Shown here: positions 1-10,394 of the stretch, piece by piece
Layout: the number at the start of each line of letters is the position of its first letter
How positions within the stretch are numbered: position 1 is the stretch's first letter
DNA from: an uncultured Collinsella sp.
GTDB taxonomy: Bacteria; Actinomycetota; Coriobacteriia; Coriobacteriales; Coriobacteriaceae
Assembly: GCA_958427895.1 (NCBI GenBank)
Contig: CAUADW010000002.1
Location: 4,596-68,595, forward strand
Direction of reading: 5' to 3'
DNA length: 64,000 nucleotides
Notes under the pieces: model-generated
Seen by the model: only the letters and a program-made list of their open reading frames with translations
What the model was told of the DNA's origin: nothing
Databases searched by the model: none
Translations under genes and position numbers: made by a program

Positions 1-1270
1 CCGTGGTGACGGTGGCCTTGCCCTCTGCATCCCACGTGCTGTCGGCCGCCAGCGTGTGACCGCGGTCGTCGGTGATGCTCAGGACCGCCCCGGCAAGCGG
101 CTTGTCACCGTCGCTGCCGCGCTTGGTGAGCGCGAGATCCCAGGTGTAGGCGCACGCATCGTCGCTCGGCGTGCGGGTGAAGCCGGCGTCGCCGGACTGG
201 TCGGCAAAGGGAGAGCGCGGGTAGCGCAGGTAGACCTCGTTGGGGTTGCCCTTCGCGATGCCGTGGCTGCATGCGCTGTTGAGCGGTGCGTTGTACACGG
301 CGACCACGCGGGCGCCCGCGGCGAAGGCGTCGGCCCCGCCGAGCGCGGCAATCAGGTCGCCGGTGCGCACGGTGAAGGTCTTACCGTCGGCCGCTACCTT
401 GGTGACGCACTGGGCCGTGATATCGGTCCAGCCCTTCGCGGGGTCGGTGCCGGCGCGACCGTCCTTGCCGGCCGAGACGGCGTCAAAGCCGCCGTCCGCG
501 CCCGCCGCCGCGTACACGCGCATGCTCGCGGCCACCTTGGAGGGCTCGAGCCCCGCGCTCATGGTGTCGACGAACTGCACCGTATAGGTGTCGTAGGCCG
601 TGAGGCCCGCCGGGACCGTGGCCGAGAGGCGCCAGTACAGGTCGTCGGCGACCGTGGCGTCGGCGGCCTTCTGCCAGGCGGCGGTGCTGTCCTCCAGCAC
701 GTGCTTTTGGACCTTGGGCGTCGCCGCCTTGGGCTTGACGGTGACGGCGCTGCCGCCCACCAGCGCCATAATCGGCGCGGTGCCGGCCTCGCCCTGGGCG
801 ATGGCGTCGTCGTCGGCGACGATGAGCCAGTAGCCACAGGGCAGCTCGGCCGTCGTGCCCGCGTTAAGGGCCACGGACACGGCGCCAGAGCTCTGGAGGG
901 AACGAGCGAGCTGTGCGCTCAGCGCGCTCGTAAGGTGGGAATCGGTGTTGAGCCACTCGGCAGCTTCCTGCGCGGTGGCCTGGGAATTGGGCATGCCGGC
1001 GCTGTGCAGCACAGGCAGCGCGGCGTTGCGCACGGCGTCGCTTGCCCAGGCGAGGTCGGTGGCGATCTTGGCGTCGCTGTCGCCGTCGACGACGTTGGCG
1101 CTAAAGATCTGGTAGGCGTCGTAGCTGCTCGCCACGGTGCCGCTCACCGTGATGGAACCGGTCGAGGTCGGCGCGGCCTGCGCGGAAGCGGGGAACACAA
1201 CCGCGCAGGTGCCGATCAGGAGGGCAAGCAGCGCAAACAAGATCGGGAAGGAGCAAACTTTCTTATTCAC
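1..1270 (-). CDS. Isopeptide-forming major (backbone) pilin, runs off the left edge of the window
   Basis: Not in the ORF track. My translation from the GTG at 1270, which overlaps the upstream stop: MNKKVCSFPILFALLALLIGTCAVVFPASAQAAPTSTGSITV...YDAYQIF...TPKVQK...DTMSAGL...NPNEVYL...LTKRGSDGDKPLAGAV. Signal peptide plus fimbrial D2 and SpaA-like motifs. Confidence 0.8.
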   Translation of the reverse strand, partial: MNKKVCSFPILFALLALLIGTCAVVFPASAQAAPTSTGSITVSGTVASSYDAYQIFSANVVDGDSDAKIATDLAWASDAVRNAALPVLHSAGMPNSQATAQEAAEWLNTDSHLTSALSAQLARSLQSSGAVSVALNAGTTAELPCGYWLIVADDDAIAQGEAGTAPIMALVGGSAVTVKPKAATPKVQKHVLEDSTAAWQKAADATVADDLYWRLSATVPAGLTAYDTYTVQFVDTMSAGLEPSKVAASMRVYAAAGADGGFDAVSAGKDGRAGTDPAKGWTDITAQCVTKVAADGKTFTVRTGDLIAALGGADAFAAGARVVAVYNAPLNSACSHGIAKGNPNEVYLRYPRSPFADQSGDAGFTRTPSDDACAYTWDLALTKRGSDGDKPLAGAVLSITDDRGHTLAADSTWDAEGKATVTT

Positions 1271-4200
1271 GACGCTTACCTCCCTTCGCATTCGCCTTGC
1301 GACGAATGTGCATCCAGGCCGCAGCAGCGCAAAGCACCGCCGCGCCGGCAAGGTATGTCAGAGTGACGCCCGACATACCAGAAAGGGGCAAAGAGGTTGA
1401 GTAGGTGTTGGTGAAGGTGGGGATGGAGGTGTCGGTGAGGTCGTGGTCCGTGTCGTTGGTCACTTCGTTGCCGTCGCGATCCCGAATCTGCTTGTAGGTC
1501 GCAGTGACGTTGATCTTGTGGTCAGTGTTATCAACTGCATTGACCGTAATCTGATAGACCGACTTGTCGTACTTATAGTGCGCAAACGGCGTGTTCGGCT
1601 GCTGTTCGCGGACGTAATAAGTAAAGGTCTTGCTTGCACCGCGGCCAGTGGAGTCAGCCGGAAGTTTGTTGAGTTGATCGAGTTTGTACTCGATCTTGTC
1701 GAAGCTCAGGGTCTGGGACTTGCCGCCGTCGGCAGTGGTGATAATCTCGCCGTCGGGGTCGGTCATAACCGTCTTGGGACTATCGAAGTTCTCGTTATCC
1801 GCAAACTCGAGCGTGAACTCCTTCATCTCGCCACCCTTAACGACCTTGGTCGCCTTAGGGATCCAAACGCCAGTCGAGTCGTACGCGGTACATACGTTAG
1901 TGAAAGTCGCCGAACCGTCCTCACAGATAATTTGATAATAGCCGTCGACATTCTTCGCGACACTCCACGTTTTTTTGTTAATCCACTTCCCAGACTTATC
2001 GAGTTCGTACTTGGTCCCGTTGACGTCTGTAATCGTGTAGTTATGGATGAGAAGTTCCTTCTCTTCGTTCGGATTATTTTTACTCGGAACAGTCATGAGC
2101 TTGGTCGGCTTATCCTGGGTCCGCACCACAATCTCATACACACTGGAGTCGCACGTGATGTCAGGATCATCGCCGGCATCTTCGACCAAGTAGTATGTGA
2201 TTTCGTTACCCGTGCCACCCGTTGCGAACTGTTCACCAAGGTCAAACGTGATATTGCCGCTTGCATCATTTTTTGCAGTTCCAACCTCGGTGCAAACGTT
2301 ACGATTGAATGTCGCGCTAGCCAAAGGGTCGGTTGAGTCCTTGCGGTAGACCCTAAAGGTAAACTGATTCTCTTCGAGCCCCTCGTTCACATTTGTCTGC
2401 GAATTACGTAGTACCTTGGTCGCCTTGAGCTTGAGGCTCGGATAGACATACGTGTCCTCAGGCACGCCCATGTACAGGTCGCCGTTCGACATGATGCCGC
2501 CGCCATGGTCCCAGGAATAGTTGCCGGTGATGAACGTTGTCGCAACTTTTTGCGCATTGATCGCGGCTTCGTCTTGAGCTGTAACACCCGAGCTCAGGCC
2601 GATGCTTTTATATACCTGCACGCCACCGTTAGCGGGGATAGTAATGGCTTGCGTAAGCTCTTTACTTCCCTTGTATTTGGCGTCACCGCCGCCAAGCATT
2701 TTGCCAATCACCGCCGCGATCGGGGTCTTATGATCCTCCGCCGCAAGGAAGAAGTCCGCGTGGCCGTTTTCGCGAAACTCTTTGGCATTGTAGGCGTCAG
2801 CATCCTGGTTCTTTTTGTGTTCAAGGCCTTCGTAGCCACCAGCGGATAGGTGAGGGGTGCCTTCGTTACCGCTATTCTCTTCAGAATTATAATCAGCTTT
2901 TGCGTCCTGCTGATCTTTGGCAGACGAATTGCCAAAGATTGCCGTGCCCTCAGTGTTCGTTACCAGCGTCTTGCCCGTAGGGCAGACTGCAACGCCGCCG
3001 CCGTAGCCGCCAGCTTTATTGGCGCTAATGTACGAGTTATATATGAATAGCCTACCAGCAGTATATTCCTCGCCTTGGTTTGAGTTTCCCTGAACAAAGA
3101 TGCCACCGCCACCCCAGTCAAAGCGAGACATGCAGCGGTTATTAGTGATGTAGACTGGGCTATCGTTTGACGATCCATTTATCATCGCGTCAACCATCTG
3201 GCCCACTCGGATGCCGGCACCTTCAGATCGGTAGCTCACGTTAGAGGCAATAATTCCTCCCGTGATATTCAGGCACGCCATTCCTGAACGAGAAGGCTCC
3301 TTATTTCGATCCACATCGGTAACGTAAACGCCGCCGCCAGCTTCTTGGGAGTAGTTGCCAGTAATCTGGCCACCGGAAATGGTGACATGGGTGCCGTTCT
3401 TGGCAGCAAGCCCAGCACCGCCATGGTCACCGTATCCATCCTGGTTGCAGAAGTTGGCATATTTATTGTTGGTGATGAAACCACCAGAAACAGCAATACT
3501 ACCGCCCACGACCATGACGCCACCGCCGAATCCGGAAGTGTTCTCTAGCGTTCTATTGCCGGAGATTGTGCCGCCGGTCACCTTAACCGTGGAGCCTTCA
3601 GCATACACACCGCCGCCACTCGGAGCACTATTGCCAGCAATTACGCCATTGGAGATGCTAAGGCTTGAGTTATAGCGCACTTCGATTCCACCGCCCGCGC
3701 CCGAGCCAGAAGCGCCGCATATATAGCCGCCACGCATGTTGACGAAAGAGCCGTTTTCGGCATAAACCAAACTGCTGACACTGCTCTGTTGCTGTTGCGT
3801 AATCACGCCACTCTCGAGGTTGAACGTACCGCCCTTGCCGTTAGTTGCGTAGAGATTAATGAGCTTCAGGTTGGCATTGCCGCCGCAAGCCACAATGGCA
3901 CCCTTGATACCAGCCTCATACGCTTTAAGAGTTTCGTTTGTACCGGTTCCGCTTGCGACCGATTCGGTTACGTAATAGGTAAGCTTGGTCGGGATGTTAG
4001 AATCGCCGTATTCCATTGAAGCGAGATTGCTCCATTTGTTTTCTTGATTAGCCGAGATCTCTGTCGCGGCAGCTTGCTGGCTGTCCTTGACGGTCAGCGT
4101 CGCGCCGCCGGTGATATTGAACAGAGGCTTATTTGAACTCGTATGCTTAATCTTATGGCCGTTTAGATCCAGCGTGATTTTGCTGCCGTCCTTGCTAAGC

Positions 4201-4709
4201 GTGATTATCTCGCCGGTCTCGACATCATTCATAAGCTTGAAGCTAGCAACACCGCTTGCATTCGCCAACTTGGTTTTTAATTCGTCAACGTTTTCTATCT
4301 CGTCGGGCGCCGCTTCGGTTTGCTCGCCTTCCGTGGCCGCCATCACAGCGTTGCCATCTGCCGGCTCGTTATCTTCGACCTGCAGCTTACCCTCAGGTTG
4401 ATCCCCAGACTGACCCTGCTCAACACCATTTGAGGGGTCGGCTTCGCCACCCTCTGCGTCGTCACTATTCTGGTTTTCGGTATCCCCGTTGTTGGTGTTG
4501 TCTACATCAGTAGACTCAGTTGAGGAATCAGCCGCCGTCACAGTTTCCTCGGCTGCACCCGCCTGGGCATCGTTGGCGATGGCCTGCGAGATCGGAGGCA
4601 TGACGAGCGACAGTACTAGGCTCAAAACGGATGCTCCGCACAAAACGCCTGCCAGTACACGGCGCGTCGCTTTTTTACTCTGCTTAGTTTTTTCTGAATT
4701 CGCTTTCAT
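1263..4709 (-). CDS. Sortase-anchored surface adhesin / probable tip pilin (beta-helix-like GGG repeats, Spy0128-like Ig domains)
   Basis: N-terminal signal, repeated 'GN.a..GGGvy' motifs, 'YYVRE...YDKS..FTNTY' pilin-type domains, and LPLSG followed by a TM segment and basic tail. Confidence 0.8.
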   Translation of the reverse strand: MKANSEKTKQSKKATRRVLAGVLCGASVLSLVLSLVMPPISQAIANDAQAGAAEETVTAADSSTESTDVDNTNNGDTENQNSDDAEGGEADPSNGVEQGQSGDQPEGKLQVEDNEPADGNAVMAATEGEQTEAAPDEIENVDELKTKLANASGVASFKLMNDVETGEIITLSKDGSKITLDLNGHKIKHTSSNKPLFNITGGATLTVKDSQQAAATEISANQENKWSNLASMEYGDSNIPTKLTYYVTESVASGTGTNETLKAYEAGIKGAIVACGGNANLKLINLYATNGKGGTFNLESGVITQQQQSSVSSLVYAENGSFVNMRGGYICGASGSGAGGGIEVRYNSSLSISNGVIAGNSAPSGGGVYAEGSTVKVTGGTISGNRTLENTSGFGGGVMVVGGSIAVSGGFITNNKYANFCNQDGYGDHGGAGLAAKNGTHVTISGGQITGNYSQEAGGGVYVTDVDRNKEPSRSGMACLNITGGIIASNVSYRSEGAGIRVGQMVDAMINGSSNDSPVYITNNRCMSRFDWGGGGIFVQGNSNQGEEYTAGRLFIYNSYISANKAGGYGGGVAVCPTGKTLVTNTEGTAIFGNSSAKDQQDAKADYNSEENSGNEGTPHLSAGGYEGLEHKKNQDADAYNAKEFRENGHADFFLAAEDHKTPIAAVIGKMLGGGDAKYKGSKELTQAITIPANGGVQVYKSIGLSSGVTAQDEAAINAQKVATTFITGNYSWDHGGGIMSNGDLYMGVPEDTYVYPSLKLKATKVLRNSQTNVNEGLEENQFTFRVYRKDSTDPLASATFNRNVCTEVGTAKNDASGNITFDLGEQFATGGTGNEITYYLVEDAGDDPDITCDSSVYEIVVRTQDKPTKLMTVPSKNNPNEEKELLIHNYTITDVNGTKYELDKSGKWINKKTWSVAKNVDGYYQIICEDGSATFTNVCTAYDSTGVWIPKATKVVKGGEMKEFTLEFADNENFDSPKTVMTDPDGEIITTADGGKSQTLSFDKIEYKLDQLNKLPADSTGRGASKTFTYYVREQQPNTPFAHYKYDKSVYQITVNAVDNTDHKINVTATYKQIRDRDGNEVTNDTDHDLTDTSIPTFTNTYSTSLPLSGMSGVTLTYLAGAAVLCAAAAWMHIRRKANAKGGKRRE

Positions 4710-5173
4710 CGATGTCTCCTCCCCAAGAGACCGCGATCTTGCTCTTTCACTATCAAACGTATCTGCGCAACCTGTGATTGCGCACGCTTAGTAATCCATA
4801 TTGTAGCGATTGTTTGAACATCTAAGCAAAAATACCGATAGTTTTGTAGCGAATTCTCAATTCTCTTGACATTTGCTCGGATTAACCTTCGTTTATTCGC
4901 TATAAATAAACTATTTCTACTGGTAATTAAGCTAGTTATCAGTTTTTTAATAGCATTTTATTTATTTGCACAACATTTTGCTCAAGAGCGAACATCCTGT
5001 GAACGGTTGAAAATCGACCGTGAGCGGTAGGTCATCAACCGGGAGGAATAGACTACCAAATTGGTGGGAATATCTTTAACCCATCGGTAGTTAGAAGCGA
5101 GATGTTCATACAACCAAATTTGAATTTGCGCGCAGTTTTTAGGCATCAATTCGCCCAAATCGCCTGAGGCTAC

Positions 5174-5199
5174 CGCAAAGGGGCCTGCTCCCTTTTGCG
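5174..5199. repeat. REP-like short palindrome, family A (degenerate)
   Basis: CGCAAAGGGGCCTGCTCCCTTTTGCG. Confidence 0.5.
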
Positions 5200-5216
5200 A
5201 TGGTTCTCCCCCAGCG

Positions 5217-6038
5217 CTACAGCAGATGCTCCTCGATAAAGATCGCGATGCCGTCTTTGTCGTTACTCGCGGTTACAAAGTCGGCGGCGGCCCGGGTGGC
5301 GTCGCTGCCGTTTGCCATGGCCACGCCCACGCCGGCGTCGGCCACCATGCAGGTGTCGTTGTCCGCATCGCCAAACACGCAGATGTCCTGGAGCTCCATG
5401 TCGTTGAGCTCCGCCACGCGCACAAGGCCGCGCGTCTTGGACACGCGCGGATCCATGAACTCGTAGAGGCGCTGCGTGGTTTGCAGAGCCGCCGCCTTAA
5501 CAGTGTCATCGGCAAACGTCGACGCCCGCTCAATCACCCGCGGCATCACCTCGGGCGCCATGGTAAACATCACCTTGGGCTGCGGCTCGCGCAAAAACTC
5601 GGCAAAATCGACCACCTGGTAGGGCACGCCGTCGACGCGCGACAGGTGCTCGACGCACGCGTTGCTCTCGGGCACGTAGAACACGCCGTCTCGGGGGCAG
5701 ACGGGCGTTGCCGGAAGGTCCGCCATGTGCTCGCAGATGCGCGCGATGGTCTCGCCCGGCAGCGGATAGCTCAGCTCGTTGATGCCGTGCGCGCGGTCGA
5801 TGACCTCGGCGCCACCGCAACCCACCATCACGTCTACCAGGCCTTCGATGCCCCAGAGCTCGTACATGGCCTCGGTCGCGTGGGCGTCGCGCCCGGTGCA
5901 CAGGCCAAAGAGCACGCCGCGCTCGCGCAGGGCGCGGATCGCCGCCACGGTGCGCGGGGACACCGTGTGCTGACTCGTGAGCAGCGTGCCGTCGATATCG
6001 CAGAACACGGCTTTGATGTGGCTGAAGGTGGTGTCCAT
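5217..6038 (-). CDS. Cof-type HAD-IIB hydrolase
   Basis: DIDGTLL, TGR, SK..GL and FGDADND..M motifs. Confidence 0.9.
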   Translation of the reverse strand: MDTTFSHIKAVFCDIDGTLLTSQHTVSPRTVAAIRALRERGVLFGLCTGRDAHATEAMYELWGIEGLVDVMVGCGGAEVIDRAHGINELSYPLPGETIARICEHMADLPATPVCPRDGVFYVPESNACVEHLSRVDGVPYQVVDFAEFLREPQPKVMFTMAPEVMPRVIERASTFADDTVKAAALQTTQRLYEFMDPRVSKTRGLVRVAELNDMELQDICVFGDADNDTCMVADAGVGVAMANGSDATRAAADFVTASNDKDGIAIFIEEHLL

Positions 6039-6129
6039 GGGGGCCTTTCTGGGTTGTGCGGCGGTGTGGGGTGTGGTCGGAAATGGTGTACATGGTATAC
6101 CAAGGCGCGGGCCGTTGGGACCCGATCGT

Positions 6130-6154
6130 CACAAAGGTGCCTGGCCCCTTTGTG
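6130..6154. repeat. REP-like short palindrome, family A
   Basis: CACAAAGGTGCCTGGCCCCTTTGTG; the same core recurs at 7709, 23885 and 54842. Confidence 0.75.
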
Positions 6155-6194
6155 GTGGCCGAACCCGAAGGGTGGCCTGGCCCGAGACGCAAAG

Positions 6195-6251
6195 CATCAC
6201 AACATTCGACGTTTTTCGGCAAAATCGTGATTTTCATCGAATGTTGTGATG
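6195..6251 (-). repeat. Long palindrome, family B, solo copy
   Basis: CATCACAACATTCGA-N27-TCGAATGTTGTGATG; the spacer is the reverse-complement homologue of the 11553-11579 spacer. Confidence 0.9.
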
Positions 6252-6255
6252 GTTT

Positions 6256-7536
6256 TTACTGCTTTGCGGCACGATCAAAATGCCAACGACCAAATAGCAG
6301 CAACGCCGCGGGAACCGCCGTCACGACCATGCCCGCCCCGATGAGCGTCTGCTGCACGCCAAATGTCGCCGCCAGCCACGGGGCAATCGCCAGCGGCGCC
6401 ACGCCGGCAAACATATTGCCAAAGCCCATGACCGAGTTGACGCGACCGAGCTGCTCGAGCGGGGCCGTCGTTTGCACGATAGTGTTGTGGAGCGGGTTGA
6501 CGACGCCCCACGCCACGCCCAGGGCAATCTGGCCGACGAGGGCCACGCCCACGTACGGTGTCCCCACATAGAGCAAACTTCCCAGGCCCACGGACATAAG
6601 CGCCACAAGCAGCGTTTTAAGGTTGACCAGGTGCGGCGGCAAGCGGAGCGCGAGCACGGCACCCAGCACCGCGCCCACGCCCGAGGCCGACGAGAGCCAG
6701 CCCATCCACTCAACGCCGACGTGTAGGACATCGCGATAGAAAAACGACTCGAGCGGATCGAAGGCCCCGTAGCCAAAGTTCGAAAGAAAAATAATGCAGA
6801 ACAGCAGGGCGAGGACGCTGTTGGTAAAGACCGTCTTGATGCTAGTCGCAAAGGTGACACGAGTGGATGCGCTGGGGTTGGAGCTTTGTCTCGCACGCTC
6901 CCCTTCCTCTGCCGAATCGGCATCCGCATCCCCGGCGACATGGCTGGTCTGCGGCCTAAAGCCCCAGCCGGCGAGAAGCGCCAACGCGGTAAAGAGCATC
7001 ATAAGCACGAACACCGCGCGCGACGACGCAGCCGCCGCGACAAAGCCGCCCAGCGTGGGGCCAACGATGATACTCACGTTTGAAAACATGGCGATGGCGG
7101 AGTTGATGTCTTTGAGCTCGACGGGGTCGTCGGTGAGATACGCCGGATAGGATGTGGCGATGGGCTGGGCGAACCCCATCACAAAGCCCAGGAGCACCGC
7201 GCCGGCAAGAACTGTTTCGGTAGCGCTGCCAAAGACGATGATCGCCGCGCCGGTCGCCAGCGTGCTGATGACGCTCAGCAAGAAATGGCGGCGTGGGCCC
7301 AAAGCGTCAAGCGCCGCGCCACCCGCAAAGGACCCCAGAATCACGAAGACGTTCATAAAGAGGACTGCCAGCGATGTCGCGACGACCGAAGCGTCGTCCG
7401 CATAGGTGAGCGTTCCGATGACGCCGATAAAGTAGCTGGTCTGAAAACCGGTGTAGATGAGAAAGCGCATCGCCACCAGGCGCTTGGCCTGCACGGACAG
7501 CGATGATTGAGGCTCTGAGAAAAGAGAGGCAAGCAT
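6256..7536 (-). CDS. MFS transporter
   Basis: About 12 hydrophobic segments and a 'G.V.SV' C-terminal motif; ATG at 7536 after AAGGAG. Confidence 0.85.
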   Translation of the reverse strand: MLASLFSEPQSSLSVQAKRLVAMRFLIYTGFQTSYFIGVIGTLTYADDASVVATSLAVLFMNVFVILGSFAGGAALDALGPRRHFLLSVISTLATGAAIIVFGSATETVLAGAVLLGFVMGFAQPIATSYPAYLTDDPVELKDINSAIAMFSNVSIIVGPTLGGFVAAAASSRAVFVLMMLFTALALLAGWGFRPQTSHVAGDADADSAEEGERARQSSNPSASTRVTFATSIKTVFTNSVLALLFCIIFLSNFGYGAFDPLESFFYRDVLHVGVEWMGWLSSASGVGAVLGAVLALRLPPHLVNLKTLLVALMSVGLGSLLYVGTPYVGVALVGQIALGVAWGVVNPLHNTIVQTTAPLEQLGRVNSVMGFGNMFAGVAPLAIAPWLAATFGVQQTLIGAGMVVTAVPAALLLFGRWHFDRAAKQ

Positions 7537-7708
7537 GGAGACTCCTTGTTTCATACGAATGCGGACGGCGGGCATTCGCCACCGTCTGTCAAATCAATCC
7601 ATCCGTATGAAACATTAAGGACGCATCAAGCCCCTTCTCTCCGTTTTTCGCCCGTCATGAACTACTTGGTAGATTGTAAGGCATGTCCCACACATCTACT
7701 AAAGCAAA

Positions 7709-7803
7709 AACCATCATAAAGGTGCCTGGCCCCTTTGTGGTGGTTGCGACGTTTGCCCAGATAAAACCTGCCAAAATAAACCTGTCCCTTTTTGGCAGGT
7801 TTT
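7709..7803. repeat. Pair of family A REP-like palindromes
   Basis: AACCATCATAAAGGTGCCTGGCCCCTTTGTGGTGGTT (7709-7745) and AAAACCTGCCAAAATAAACCTGTCCCTTTTTGGCAGGTTTT (7763-7803). Confidence 0.7.
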
Positions 7804-9100
7804 AGGCCAGATGGTCTTGGATGAGATCGCAGATGGCTCGGGCGTCGTTGATGTTGATGGCTCGGGTCGCAAAGCCGGCGTCGAAGGCCTGGCGTGCCAG
7901 GGCCTCGTTGCAGGCAAGGGCCAGCGTGTGACCGTCGACCAGGTCGAGCGAGCTCTTGCCGCGCAGACGGTCGACACCGGAGCGCGCGACCACGATGTTG
8001 TCGAAGCCCTCGGTCTTGTAACCCTCGATGATCACCACGTCGACATCGTTGTAGCGCGACAGCAGCTCACGCGCGGGCATCTCGTCCTCCTCGCGCGTGT
8101 CGGCGTACTCCGCCCAGCGCGTGGCGCAGATGAGCCCCACATGCTTGGATCCGGCCTGGTGATGACGCCAGGTGTCCTTAGCGGGCACATCGATATCAAA
8201 GCCGTGATGCCCATGATGCTTGAGCGAACCCACGCGCAGGCCGCGGCGGGTGAGCTCGGCGATAACCTTCTCGACGAGCGTGGTCTTGCCCGAGTTTTGG
8301 TAGCCGATAAACGCGATCGCGGGGACGACCGGTGCCGGAGCTGTGGGCGCGACGGCGACGGATGCGCTCGCGGGTGCGTCGCCCGCGGCTCCCACGGCCT
8401 CAACAGCAGCGGCCTGACGCTCTGCGCGGTCCCATACGCCCGAGCGGCCACCCTCCTTGTGCAGCAGGCGAACGTCGACGATCTCCATGCCGCGATCGAC
8501 CGCCTTGCACATGTCATAGATCGTTAGACACGCGGCACTCGCGCCGGTCAGGGCCTCCATCTCGATGCCCGTCTTGCCCGTCACGCCGGCCGTAACCAGT
8601 ACGTGAAAGCCAACCTGCCCGTCCGTGCGTGCCGGTGCCCAGCCCTCGGGCACGTCCTCGGCCGGCGTCCCCGCCGGAGCAATGGGCGCAATGTCACACT
8701 TACTCTTGGTAATGAGCAACGGATGGCACATGGGAATGATGTCGCTCGTGCGCTTGATGGCCATGATGCCCGCCACGCGCGCGCAGGCGAGCACGTCACC
8801 CTTTTTGGCGCGGTCCTGCAGCACCATGGCCTGCGTCTCGGGATGCATGAGGATGGTGCCCTCGGCGATGGCGATGCGATGGGTCTCGGCCTTGTCGGAC
8901 ACGTCGACCATGCGCACCTCACCCTTGGCGTCCACGTGCGTCAGCTCGTCGCGACGGGCGTCGCGGGCGGGCTCGGTGGCAGCACTGGCAGTCGGCTGCA
9001 CGGACGCGACGGCATCGCCGGCCGCAGCCGTGACTTTGTGGGCAGACATCGCGGCCCTGCGAGCGGCCTTGGTGGCATCGGCGTACCTGCTCTTGGCCAT
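7802..9100 (-). CDS. moaC: Cyclic pyranopterin monophosphate synthase MoaC fused to MobB
   Basis: LTHVD..G.VRMVDVS, IIPMCHP and GKTGIEMEAL (MoaC), then GYQNSGKTT, KHHGH and IEGYK (MobB). Confidence 0.9.
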   Translation of the reverse strand: MAKSRYADATKAARRAAMSAHKVTAAAGDAVASVQPTASAATEPARDARRDELTHVDAKGEVRMVDVSDKAETHRIAIAEGTILMHPETQAMVLQDRAKKGDVLACARVAGIMAIKRTSDIIPMCHPLLITKSKCDIAPIAPAGTPAEDVPEGWAPARTDGQVGFHVLVTAGVTGKTGIEMEALTGASAACLTIYDMCKAVDRGMEIVDVRLLHKEGGRSGVWDRAERQAAAVEAVGAAGDAPASASVAVAPTAPAPVVPAIAFIGYQNSGKTTLVEKVIAELTRRGLRVGSLKHHGHHGFDIDVPAKDTWRHHQAGSKHVGLICATRWAEYADTREEDEMPARELLSRYNDVDVVIIEGYKTEGFDNIVVARSGVDRLRGKSSLDLVDGHTLALACNEALARQAFDAGFATRAININDARAICDLIQDHLA

Positions 9101-9104
9101 ATGA

Positions 9105-10160
9105 TCATCCTCCGATTTGGGACATAAATCGTTGCGTGCCCTCAATTATCGCGTGTTCCTGCGGTTTGTGGGCCACGGCATCGCGCCAAATCGAAAGCAC
9201 CTGCATATCATCACCACGGCGCAGGGCGTCGCGCACCGAATACTCGGCATCGCTGAACAGGCACGGACGCACGTTGCCATCGGCCGTCAGGCGCAAACGG
9301 TTGCAATTCGCACAAAAATGGTTGGACATGGCGCTGATGAAACCGACCGTTCCCGCCGCGCCCGGAAAATGCCAATAGCGCGCAGGGCCCGCGCCAGCAG
9401 GAGCGTCGTTGATGTCGAGCGGCTCGAGCTCGCCCAGTCCCGTCGCGGCGGCCCCGGCATTGATGCGCGCCCGCAGCTCGTCGCTCGGCACGGTGTCGCT
9501 CGCATCCCACAGCTCGGGATTGAGTGTGGGCGCGTGAGGGTCTACGGCACAATGCGAGCTGGTGCGCTCGTCGCCGATGGGCATGTATTCGATAAAACGC
9601 AGGTGGATGGGGCGGTCGACGGTCAGCCGTGCGAGGGCCGCCACATCCTGGTTGAGCCGTCGCACAACAACGCAGTTGACCTTAACGGGCTCAAAGCCCC
9701 AAGTCAGCGCCGCGTCGATGCCAGCCATGGTCTGCTCGAGTCGACCCAGACGCGTGATCTTTCCAAAAAGCGAGGGGTCGAGCGTGTCGAGCGAGATATT
9801 GACGCGGTTAAGACCGGCATCTTTGAGCTGCGGCGCCAGCTTGGGCAGCAGGGCGCCGTTAGTGGTAAGCGAGATGTCCTCGATCTGCGGGATCGCGCGA
9901 ATGTCGCGAATGAGCGGGATGATACGGCGGCTGACCAGCGGCTCGCCACCCGTCAGGCGCACGCGGCGAATGCCCTCCCCCGCCACCAAGCGCACAAAGC
10001 GGGCGATTTCCTCGGCGCTGAGCAGCTCATCGTGCGCACGGGGTGCCACGCCATCGGCCGGCATGCAATAGATGCAGCGGAAATTGCACTTGTCGGTAAC
10101 GGCAATGCGCAGGTAGTTGATATCGCGGCCAAAGCCGTCATGTTGCACGTGCCCGTCCAT
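9105..10160 (-). CDS. moaA: GTP 3',8-cyclase MoaA
   Basis: CNFRCIYC radical-SAM motif, FCANCNRLRLTADG..RPC, C-terminal IGG. Confidence 0.95.
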   Translation of the reverse strand: MDGHVQHDGFGRDINYLRIAVTDKCNFRCIYCMPADGVAPRAHDELLSAEEIARFVRLVAGEGIRRVRLTGGEPLVSRRIIPLIRDIRAIPQIEDISLTTNGALLPKLAPQLKDAGLNRVNISLDTLDPSLFGKITRLGRLEQTMAGIDAALTWGFEPVKVNCVVVRRLNQDVAALARLTVDRPIHLRFIEYMPIGDERTSSHCAVDPHAPTLNPELWDASDTVPSDELRARINAGAAATGLGELEPLDINDAPAGAGPARYWHFPGAAGTVGFISAMSNHFCANCNRLRLTADGNVRPCLFSDAEYSVRDALRRGDDMQVLSIWRDAVAHKPQEHAIIEGTQRFMSQIGG

Positions 10161-10289
10161 GCAGCCCTCCCCTCACGCGGCGTTTTATTCTTCGGAAAAC
10201 ATAATACCCCACGAGAGAATCATGCCGACACCCGTACGACAGGACAGGCCGCTTCGAGCAAAACGGACTTCCAAGCCCATCCTCAGCAC

Positions 10290-10358
10290 GCAAACCATCA
10301 CAACATTCGATGCTTTTCCCGTTTTCGGCGATAAACGTCGAATGTTGTGATGGTTTGC
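10290..10358 (+). repeat. Long palindrome, family B (downstream flank of the nuclease gene)
   Basis: Perfect 21-bp arms GCAAACCATCACAACATTCGA / TCGAATGTTGTGATGGTTTGC with a 27-nt spacer. Confidence 0.95.
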
Positions 10359-10394
10359 CTGCCCACGGCACCCCATAGAAGGACCAAAGCGTCC

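Noticed and set aside
10160..10360. Moco riboswitch upstream of moaA
   Set aside because: The only clear structure is the family B palindrome, which also occurs at unrelated loci.
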